Positions 1 through 9,552 of a DNA stretch of 64,000 nucleotides are shown piece after piece. The number at the start of each line of letters is the position of its first letter. The stretch's first letter is position 1. The translations under genes and the position numbers were made by a program. This DNA is from an uncultured Gemmatimonadales bacterium. Its GTDB lineage: Bacteria > Gemmatimonadota > Gemmatimonadetes > Gemmatimonadales > GWC2-71-9. The notes under the pieces were generated by a model. It saw only the letters and a list, made by a program, of their open reading frames with translations, was not told the DNA's origin and ran no database searches. The stretch covers positions 320,001 to 384,000 of the forward strand of contig CAWCVB010000006.1 of assembly GCA_963798915.1 (NCBI GenBank). The letters are read 5' to 3'.

Positions 1-579
1 ACGGTCATGCCGCAGGTCACGATTGGCGGGATCACTCCAGTGCCCGAGGCCGCGAAGGTGCAGGTACTGCGCCAGTTCGTCACGCCTGAAGGGCAGAAGG
101 GGACGCAGGATCCGGCCATCATCGGCAGCCATCGCCGCCAGGCCGGCAGGTCCGCTCCCCCGGATCACTCGCATCAGGACGGTTTCCGCCTGGTCATCGA
201 GATGGTGCGCCGTCACGATGAAATTGGCCTCGGTGGCCATCCGCATCCGTTCGAGTGCGGACCAGCGCCCTGCCCGGGCCAGGGTTTCAGTGGCGTCTGC
301 CCCGAGTTCCAGCCGCTCCAGGACAAATGCGAGATTGCGACGCGCCGCCTCCGCTGCCACGTCATCGGCAACCGCCGGGCTGGCTGCCGCGATGCCATGA
401 TCCACGTGCGCCACTGTCAGCATCAACTCGAATTCCGCCGCGCACCTGGCCAGCAGCTCGAGCAGGGCCAACGAATCGGCGCCGCCCGAGACCGCCACCA
501 GCAACCGCGTGCGTCGGACACCGAGCGACCGTAAGGCGCGCTCGAATTGCTGCTGGAGATTGCTGGGAGACGTGGTCAT
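1..579 (-). CDS. tilS: tRNA(Ile)-lysidine synthase (partial, runs off window start)
   Basis: Translated by hand from ATG 579: MTTSPSNLQQQFERALRSLGVRRTRLLVAVSGGADSLALL...AHVDHG...TAHHLDDQAETVLMRVIRGSG...ILRPLL...WSDPAN. These are the TilS PP-loop and signature motifs. Confidence 0.95.
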   Translation of the reverse strand, partial: MTTSPSNLQQQFERALRSLGVRRTRLLVAVSGGADSLALLELLARCAAEFELMLTVAHVDHGIAAASPAVADDVAAEAARRNLAFVLERLELGADATETLARAGRWSALERMRMATEANFIVTAHHLDDQAETVLMRVIRGSGPAGLAAMAADDGRILRPLLPFRRDELAQYLHLRGLGHWSDPANRDLRHDR

Positions 580-642
580 GGCAATAGCGGAATGAAACAC
601 CACCGCGCACGACCGGAAAGGACTGGCCGCGCCTGCTCCGGA

Positions 643-1824
643 TCAGTCTGGAACCGGTAGCTGCCTGGCTGGAGCCGGGAAGAGACGCCGCAGGCGGCGG
701 CGTCCGAAACGCCAACCGCGCAACGGCAACCGCAGCAGCCAACGGAGCGGGGCCACGTAATGCTCGACCGTGCTTCTGCGCAGCAGCCGGCGCACCGCCT
801 GATCCAGGTCCGATGGCAGGCCATGCTGCAGGACCTGATCGTAGTTATGCCGGGAGACGAGATGTCCGGATGCTGGAAGGCCCTCAACCGAGGCTGCGAG
901 CGTGGACGTTCCTTCCAGCGTGGGAAAGGCGTCGAGGACCCCCAGCGACGCAAGCATCAAGCGAGTGCGAACACACTTGCCACAGCGCGAGCAATTGAGA
1001 CGGGCATCCCGGTTCTCCCAGCAGACCCGCAGGTACTGCCGAGCCAGTGGCTCATTCGCCAGGAGCCGCAGCTTCTCGAAGCGCGCATAATCTTCGCCTA
1101 CATGCTCTATGGCGAGATGGTCGTCACTCCAGAGCGGATCCAGATCTGGATGGGATCCCCAGGGGCGATGCATCATCCTGGGAAACGACGAGGAGATCAA
1201 CAGGCGGCCCAGCCGATCCGACAGCATGTGACCGACGGCTGCCAGTGCGCCACCATGGGTGCGTCCCCAGTGCACGCTGCGATAGTCGGGATGCTGTCGG
1301 AGATTGGTGCGTACCACTACCACACGCGCACCGCAGATGCGCGCCACGGCCTCTGCCTGCTCACGAACGGCCCGTGCCCGTTCCGTGTCAGCGAGCGGAA
1401 TGTCGAAACCGTGCACGAAGACCAGCCAATCCACTTGACGGCCGGCGGCCAGCAGGGAGAAAAATGAATCGACGCCACCGGTGAACCCGAGGCCCGTCAT
1501 TGGGCTCCGCGCCGGCGCATCGGTCGGCTCCCGGATCATGACGGCCGGCTGCAGCTGCGGGTAGCGCCACCAGGCCCGACAGAAATGCATGATCGCACCC
1601 AGATGGCTGACCCATGCGGCCGCAACTGGCCCCTCCAGCACCAGACGCCGCTTCGCGGCGAGTGCGGGAATCAAGAACGCAGAGCCGAAACCTTCAGTGG
1701 AAGGCAGGAGCGCAGCATCCTCGCACTCGAACCACACCTCCGTCTCGCCCACCTCGGCCGAGACGCGCCAGCCTCCGGTGCTCCGCTCCAATCGGGGCGT
1801 GCCAATGCGAAGCTCATCTCCCAT
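643..1824 (-). CDS. uncharacterised PP-loop (adenine nucleotide alpha-hydrolase) protein with QueC-like Cys4 Zn site
   Basis: GFTGGVDS PP-loop and C-terminal CWENRDARLNCSRCGKCVR. Start placed at MGDELRIG (1824), overlapping the upstream gene by 11 nt. Confidence 0.75.
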   Translation of the reverse strand: MGDELRIGTPRLERSTGGWRVSAEVGETEVWFECEDAALLPSTEGFGSAFLIPALAAKRRLVLEGPVAAAWVSHLGAIMHFCRAWWRYPQLQPAVMIREPTDAPARSPMTGLGFTGGVDSFFSLLAAGRQVDWLVFVHGFDIPLADTERARAVREQAEAVARICGARVVVVRTNLRQHPDYRSVHWGRTHGGALAAVGHMLSDRLGRLLISSSFPRMMHRPWGSHPDLDPLWSDDHLAIEHVGEDYARFEKLRLLANEPLARQYLRVCWENRDARLNCSRCGKCVRTRLMLASLGVLDAFPTLEGTSTLAASVEGLPASGHLVSRHNYDQVLQHGLPSDLDQAVRRLLRRSTVEHYVAPLRWLLRLPLRGWRFGRRRLRRLFPAPARQLPVPD

Positions 1825-2728
1825 GAATCGTCTCTGTCGCGAGCAGGGATGGCCGGCGGACCGGGTTGTGAGGCCGTTGCAGCGGGAGGATTGCCAGGCG
1901 TGCGCGCACTTGTGCCGGCGTCGCGATGCCACGTTCCAGGGTGTGGGCAAGCGCAACTACCCGCTCCACCAGCTGGCGATTGCGAGCCAGCGTGGTGCGG
2001 CGATCGTCCAGCCAGATATTGTCTTCGAGGCCCACCCGCACGCCATCGCCCCAGAGCAGGCCGAGGGTATTCGCCCTGAGCTGCTGGCGGCCGATGCCTG
2101 CAAGGCACCAGATGGATTCCGCCGGCAGGGCGCTCAGGATCGCAGCGAGCTGGGCCGGCGTGGCCTGCGCACTCGCAATGTTGCCGAGCAAGATGTTGAA
2201 GTAGTATGGCGGCGTAAGGGCGCCTTTTTCGATCAGGTAGTGAGCGTAATTCACCATGCCGACGTCGAAGACTTCCAGTTCCGGCCTGATGCCGCGTTCC
2301 TGCATCCTCTCGGCCAACTGACGCACCATCTTCGGCGCGTTGATGCTTGCCTGTTGCGGAAAATTCAGCGACGCCAGCGTCAGGCTTCCCATGTCGGGGC
2401 GAAGATCGCCCCGAAGTTCCAGGGGATCGGCACGCTGCTCCAATGCGCCGAAGTTGCGCCCGCTGAGCGACACGCAAATCGTCAGGTCAGGGTGCTGCTC
2501 GCGGATCGCAGCAATCTGGCGCGCGTAGATCTCCCGACCATAGTGCGGCGCCCCATTCGCATCGCGGGCATGCAGGTGCACCAGGTTCGCGCCCGCCTGG
2601 ACGCATTCCACCACGTCGGTCACAATCTCGGCGGGCGTCAGGGGAACGTATGGCGTCAGGGCTTTCGTCGGCACCATGCCGGTGGGACAGAAGTTGATGA
2701 TCGCTGGACGATGCTCGGGCCCCGTCAT
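1814..2728 (-). CDS. BKACE / 3-keto-5-aminohexanoate cleavage enzyme family protein (DUF849)
   Basis: VPLTPAEI, VHLHAR, PDMGSL, ELEVFDVGM and GVRVGLEDN motifs. The ATG overlaps the upstream stop (ATGA). Confidence 0.9.
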   Translation of the reverse strand: MTGPEHRPAIINFCPTGMVPTKALTPYVPLTPAEIVTDVVECVQAGANLVHLHARDANGAPHYGREIYARQIAAIREQHPDLTICVSLSGRNFGALEQRADPLELRGDLRPDMGSLTLASLNFPQQASINAPKMVRQLAERMQERGIRPELEVFDVGMVNYAHYLIEKGALTPPYYFNILLGNIASAQATPAQLAAILSALPAESIWCLAGIGRQQLRANTLGLLWGDGVRVGLEDNIWLDDRRTTLARNRQLVERVVALAHTLERGIATPAQVRARLAILPLQRPHNPVRRPSLLATETIHGR

Positions 2729-3291
2729 GCTCGCACTCCCGCGCGCTGCTCCGCCACCAGATGGGTGAGTGACTCGCGCCCCGGAAAGCCGCGATGCAGC
2801 GCCCACCATGTCTGGGCGCGCAGGTGAAAACGATGGAGCGCATGCCGAATCGGCTCTTCACCCACAGGCGCGTAGCCAAAGTGGCGTTGATACCAGGCGA
2901 TTGCCGCCGGGTCGTCGCTCCAGGTATGAATGCGCCGCGCGCCGGCGTCCCACATTGCCGCCATCCGGCTCCGCTGGAGCGCGCCGCCGACGCCGGAGCT
3001 CCGATGTGAGTGCAGCACGCTGATCAGCACGGTCTTGGCGGCGCGGGTGTCCCAATCAAGCCAGTCCCAGCAACAGAACCCCACCACGACGTCATTCTCG
3101 AGGGCCAGGAGCGCGCGCTCACCGAGGTCCACATCCACGATTGCATTGCGCATCGACAGCAGCGACTCAGCTGGGCAATCAGGGTCAGCGAGCGGCATCG
3201 GCCCGAGCAGGTGCACCCGGTATTCAGCGAGCACGCCAAACACGGCCGGCATGTCCGAGGCCTCGGGAGGGCGAATCCGGAAGGCGCTCAT
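2725..3291 (-). CDS. GNAT family N-acyltransferase
   Basis: Motif A HRSSGVGGAL and C-terminal AIAWYQRHFGY. Start at MSAFRIRP. Confidence 0.85.
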   Translation of the reverse strand: MSAFRIRPPEASDMPAVFGVLAEYRVHLLGPMPLADPDCPAESLLSMRNAIVDVDLGERALLALENDVVVGFCCWDWLDWDTRAAKTVLISVLHSHRSSGVGGALQRSRMAAMWDAGARRIHTWSDDPAAIAWYQRHFGYAPVGEEPIRHALHRFHLRAQTWWALHRGFPGRESLTHLVAEQRAGVRA

Positions 3292-3542
3292 TGAGGCGGC
3301 TTGCCCATGACGGCCTCCTGTGGCGCGGCCGCGACGGGACAGGTGTCGACGCGAGGCCACAGCCGTAGCGCCCGTCGCCAGTCGCGAGATGTGTTCAACC
3401 CTTGCTGCGCATCCTGCGCCCAGTCCGCCCCTGAAGCCACGAGCCGCCCGCGCAGCTCCGAGGGCGACGACAGCCATGCCGACGCGAACGTCTCATGAGC
3501 GGACCGATGCAACGGACTGGCAATTACCAGCTCAGGCGCCAT
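3288..3542 (-). CDS. small hypothetical protein (84 aa), possibly coupled to the GNAT gene
   Basis: The ORF stop overlaps the GNAT ATG (ATGA). No recognisable motif. Confidence 0.35.
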   Translation of the reverse strand: MAPELVIASPLHRSAHETFASAWLSSPSELRGRLVASGADWAQDAQQGLNTSRDWRRALRLWPRVDTCPVAAAPQEAVMGKPPQ

Positions 3543-3654
3543 GGCGAGCTTTCAGGAAATCGGTCCACTATTAACAGAGGTCAGGGCTGGAACCAGCAAG
3601 GAGCAGGCCACCGACAGAACGGGCAGCGCGGGCGGGACGAGGGGGACGAGCAGG

Positions 3655-4431
3655 TTAGGGCGTAAGATCCAGATGCCAGCTGATCGCGACGAATTCCGGC
3701 GCCAGGAGAACTCTCGGAGGACGAAGACCGAAGATGCGCCACCGGCCACTGATGAGTCGCGCGCTGGTCACGCCGATGGCCGCGCCGCTCGCCACGTCGC
3801 TGAGCCAGTGGCGATCATCATTGAGCCGGGACAGCGCCGTGCCGGTCGCCAGCGTGAAGAGCATCACCGAGCCAGCCCGGCTGTGGAGATCGTCGGACAG
3901 TGACGTCGCCACCGCGAAGGCCACAATCGTGTGACCCGACGGCAACGAGCCCCGGAGTTCGTTGCCAGCGGAGTCGCTCGCGGTGGAGAAGGGATCGAAG
4001 TCCGTGGCGCTGCGGAATCCCGCCGGGCGTCCTCGCCCCAGCCCCAGCTTGATGACGCTGCCCACGATTCCGCCGGCGCCAATGCTCGCGACCGCTCGAA
4101 GCCCCGCGTCACGAATGGACGGTGCCCCGGTGACCACACCCAGCAGCGCGATGCCCGCGGTTGACGCCACCATGACCCGCGGATCGCCGGCCTGGCGAAA
4201 GACGGAGGCAACGTCGTCGGTGGTGGAAGTGCGTCTCCGCTGCACCCATCGCTCGACTGGCGCATCGACCGTGAACAGGAGCAGCGATCCCGCCGTAACG
4301 CTTGCTGCCTCGTACCAATGGATTGAGTGATAGCCCGTATCGGCGACGACCACCGGACACGGCGCCTTGTCGGGAACACGCGCCGTGGCAACCGAGGCCG
4401 CCAGCAAAACCGCCAGGGTGCCGGAGATCAT
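3655..4431 (-). CDS. PAP2-family phosphatase
   Basis: KLGLGRGRP, PSGH and SRLNDDRHWLSD motifs; N-terminal signal-like sequence. Confidence 0.9.
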   Translation of the reverse strand: MISGTLAVLLAASVATARVPDKAPCPVVVADTGYHSIHWYEAASVTAGSLLLFTVDAPVERWVQRRRTSTTDDVASVFRQAGDPRVMVASTAGIALLGVVTGAPSIRDAGLRAVASIGAGGIVGSVIKLGLGRGRPAGFRSATDFDPFSTASDSAGNELRGSLPSGHTIVAFAVATSLSDDLHSRAGSVMLFTLATGTALSRLNDDRHWLSDVASGAAIGVTSARLISGRWRIFGLRPPRVLLAPEFVAISWHLDLTP

Positions 4432-4447
4432 CGCAAAGGCATACGGG

Positions 4448-4837
4448 TCAACTGTAGGCGGCGCCGCTGTGACTGGTCGCTGTCACAGTCAGCAGAAAGA
4501 TTGCGCCGTCGGCCGAATGTACGGCATGTCGAACGCCCGGCCCGAGCGCAGCGACGGAGCCGGCCATCAGCGGCAGGTCCCGGCCACCAGTCTCCACAAC
4601 CACGTTGCCCTCAAGCACCTGCAGGGTGACTGGCCCACGGGCCTGATGCTCGCGCATGGACCCACCCGGCTTCAATCCGACAAGCGTCACGCTGAGTGGA
4701 CCCTGAGGGCCTTCCTTCACTAAAGTGCGAGCCGAGCGGGCCGGTGCGACCGCCAGGCTCTCGCGCAGGCGTCGGATTTCCTCATCAAGAGCAAAGGTGA
4801 GCACATCGCCGGTGAGCGGGCGGTCAACTGAAGACAT
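4448..4837 (-). CDS. cupin domain protein
   Basis: MREHQARGPVTLQVLEG...PGVRHAV cupin motifs; GGAGGAG RBS before ATG 4837. Confidence 0.85.
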   Translation of the reverse strand: MSSVDRPLTGDVLTFALDEEIRRLRESLAVAPARSARTLVKEGPQGPLSVTLVGLKPGGSMREHQARGPVTLQVLEGNVVVETGGRDLPLMAGSVAALGPGVRHAVHSADGAIFLLTVTATSHSGAAYS

Positions 4838-4929
4838 GCGACTCCTCCGGTGAGTGACGGGCAGCGCCTGCAACCTGCACCAGCAGCCTGGTGCGCATCG
4901 GAAAGGTAGCCCCGTCCCCTACCCGGCCG

Positions 4930-5850
4930 TCATGCCGACGCCAGGATCCGGTCAAGCTCGGCCAGCTCTCGCTCGCCCAGCTGCCAGTCGGCCGCCCGCG
5001 CATTGGCACGCACCTGGTCCGGCGTGGTCGCGCCGGCAATGACCGAGGCAACGGCGGGTTGGCGCAGCAGCCAGGAGAAGGCCAGTGCGAGAATCGTATG
5101 ATCTCGGGACGCGCTGAACGCCATCAGCTGCTCGACAATGGCAAGGTTGTGATCATTGAACAGATCGGCATGGCGCCCGGACGCGATGCGGCTCCCCGGC
5201 GGCGGGGCATGGCCCAGCCGGTACTTCCCCGTCAGCATCCCGCTTGCCAGCGGAAAATACGGGATGAAAGCCAGGTTGAATGCACGGCAGAGCGGGAGCA
5301 ATTCGGGTTCCGGCTTGCGGTGCAGAAGGCTGTATTCATTCTGCACGCTCACGAACCTGGCGGCACCGGTGGCGGCCGCCTCATTGGCTTCGCGCAGTTG
5401 GGCTGGCGAAAAATTGGAGCAGCCGATCTCGCGCACCTTGCCGGCCACCACCAGATCATTCAGCGCCGAAAGGGTTTCGGCGATCGGCACAGCCGGATCG
5501 GGGAAGTGCAGCTGGTAGAGGTCAATACGGTCGGTCCCAAGCCGCTGCAGGCTGTCCTCGACAGCCCGGCGAACGTAGTCCGGCCGGGCGCCTCCATGGG
5601 TATCGTCCAGTTTGCTGCCAAACTTGGTCGCCAGGACGACCTGGTTTCGGCGGCCCGCCAGTGCCTTGCCAATAAAGACTTCACTTCGCCTGTTGCCGTA
5701 ACTGTCGGAGGTGTCAAGGAAGGTGATGCCGGCGTCGAGCGCAGCGTGCACAACGTCCGCCGTGGCAACCGCATCGAGTTTGTTCCCGAAGTTGTTGCAT
5801 CCAAGGCCGACTTCGGAAACCTTCAGACTGCCAATAAGTCGTGACTTCAT
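4930..5850 (-). CDS. aldo/keto reductase
   Basis: GLGCNNFG, DTSDSYG, LATKFG, DRIDLYQLH, GKVREIGCSN and YFPLASGMLTGKY. Confidence 0.95.
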   Translation of the reverse strand: MKSRLIGSLKVSEVGLGCNNFGNKLDAVATADVVHAALDAGITFLDTSDSYGNRRSEVFIGKALAGRRNQVVLATKFGSKLDDTHGGARPDYVRRAVEDSLQRLGTDRIDLYQLHFPDPAVPIAETLSALNDLVVAGKVREIGCSNFSPAQLREANEAAATGAARFVSVQNEYSLLHRKPEPELLPLCRAFNLAFIPYFPLASGMLTGKYRLGHAPPPGSRIASGRHADLFNDHNLAIVEQLMAFSASRDHTILALAFSWLLRQPAVASVIAGATTPDQVRANARAADWQLGERELAELDRILASA

Positions 5851-5954
5851 GAGCTCCAGCCAGTGCGTGACAGTGGCAAGCTAATCACGGAAAGGATGTC
5901 GGCAGCGGCTTGAACACACGGAGCGGAATGAGGAGGCCCGCGCGACTCGCGGGT

Positions 5955-6072
5955 ATGGCAGGGGCGGGACTCGAGCCGAGGGCCGAGACCCCAGAAAAAG
6001 CCGCGGGTTACGAGACTCGTGTCCCGCGACCCGCGACCGATAGCAGGGGCGGGACTCGAGCCGAAGGCCGAG
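5955..6072 (-). repeat. two 33-nt direct repeats containing the 3' end of the adjacent tRNA-Met
   Basis: Copies at 5955-5987 and 6040-6072 differ at 2 of 33 positions. 6040-6059 is identical to 6107-6126 (tRNA 3' end plus 1 nt). Confidence 0.9.
5994..6028 (-). terminator. probable rho-independent terminator after tRNA-Met
   Basis: Minus strand CGCGGGACACGAG-T-CTCGTAACCCGCG hairpin followed by GCTTTTTCT. Confidence 0.6.
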
Positions 6073-6107
6073 GCCCTGATCCTGGTATTGCAGCGAACCG
6101 AAATGCA

Positions 6108-6181
6108 TAGCAGGGGCGGGACTCGAACCCGCGACCCCGGCATTATGAGTGCCGTGCTCTAACCAGCTGAGCTACCCTGCC
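6108..6181 (-). tRNA. tRNA-Met (CAT), elongator-like
   Basis: GGCAGGGTAGCTCAGCTGGTTAGAGCACGGCACTCATAATGCCGGGGTCGCGGGTTCGAGTCCCGCCCCTGCTA folds as a cloverleaf with anticodon CAT; CCA not encoded. Confidence 0.95.
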
Positions 6182-6218
6182 AAGGAGCGGCAATCCTAGC
6201 CGCGCGGCCGGCCGGCCG

Positions 6219-6509
6219 TCAAGGCGCGCCCGAACCCGCCGGCACCAGCTTGTAGAGTCGTTCGCCGGGCCGAATCATTCCATACTGCTCCCGGGCGATG
6301 CGTTCCTGAACCGCCGGGTCGGTCTCGACAGCCGTCCGCACCTTCTGGAGCGAGTCCACCAACCGCGTCAGCTCGGTCTCCCGTGCCTGCTCAGCCGTAA
6401 GGTCGCGCTGTAGCGCCCGGTAATCCCAGGTGCTGTACTCACCACCCTGGACCGCAAACGCCGCCATGACCAGGAGGAGCGCCAGGATCAGCCATCCGCG
6501 AACGCTCAT
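6219..6509 (-). CDS. ftsB: septum formation initiator (FtsB/DivIC)
   Basis: TM helix, coiled coil and ERIAREQYGMIRPGE; lies directly after eno. Confidence 0.85.
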   Translation of the reverse strand: MSVRGWLILALLLVMAAFAVQGGEYSTWDYRALQRDLTAEQARETELTRLVDSLQKVRTAVETDPAVQERIAREQYGMIRPGERLYKLVPAGSGAP

Positions 6510-6516
6510 CGGGGCG

Positions 6517-8589
<2,073 letters not shown>

Positions 8590-8593
<4 letters not shown>

Positions 8594-9552
8594 CGGAAGT
8601 GATCAAACCCCGTGAGTGTGAGCCGGCTGCCGCGAAACATGGGCCGGACACCGCTGCCGCGGTGGCAGGAACCCACCCGCGTCAGCGTGAGCCCCACCTC
8701 CACCTCAAAGCGGCGCACGGCGGCGTCGGCAAAATCGGGAGGCAAGGCAACCAGCAGTTCATAGTCTTCGCCGCCCTTGGCCGAGAAGATCATGGGTTCA
8801 GCGCGGGCAGCCAGCGCGGCAGACACAGCGGCGGCATCCACCGGCAGCTGCTCCAGCACGATTTCGACTTCGATGCCGGATGCCGCCGCCAGGTGTCCGG
8901 CATCAGCCACCAGGCCGTCACTCACGTCGAGCATGGCCCTGGCGCCCTGTTCCGCCAACCATCGGCCCGCGCGGATCCGCGGCTCCGGCATGGCGAACCG
9001 CCGCCTGGCGGCGGCGTCAGGTGCCCGACCAGCACGAAACGCCTCCAGGGCAGCCCGCGCAGCGCCCAGCGTCCCCGTGACCCAGAGTCCGTCGCCGGCT
9101 CTGGCCCCGCGCCGAGTCATGGGTCGCTCGGCATGACCCAGCACCGTAACGGCGACCGTCCAGACGGCACTCCGCGACAGGTCCCCTCCGACCACACGAG
9201 CGGCGCTCGCGTGCGCCGCCTCACCCGCACCCTGAATGAGCTCTGAGACCTGAGGCAAACTCGAATCACCAGGCGCCGCGAGTGCGACCAGCACTGCCGC
9301 GGGTACAGCGCCGGCGGCGGCCAGGTCCGAGAGCGCCGCAGCCGTGCTCCGATACCCGATTTCCCGGTCGGTCAGCCAGTCGCGCTCGAAGTGCACATGC
9401 TCCACACTCATGTCGACACTGATCACAGTCCGACCGGCGCCATTGGGAACCACCGCGCAATCGTCTCCCAGGTCCGATCCGCTGGCGCCGAGAGCGGCCG
9501 CGATGGAGCGAATACGGTCGAATTCGGCGCCGGCGCCGAGCGCGGAACTCAG
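8590..9552 (-). CDS. thiL: thiamine-monophosphate kinase (probable CTG start)
   Basis: EFDRI, LGDDCAV, SDLAAAGA, GGDLS, DVSDGL and GGEDYEL. The frame is open upstream of GTG 9453 to CTG 9552. Confidence 0.92.

Noticed and set aside
5955..6126. CRISPR array (33-nt repeat, 34-nt spacer)
   Set aside because: Only two full copies, unequal spacers (34 and 52 nt), the repeat is tRNA-derived, and there are no cas genes in the window.
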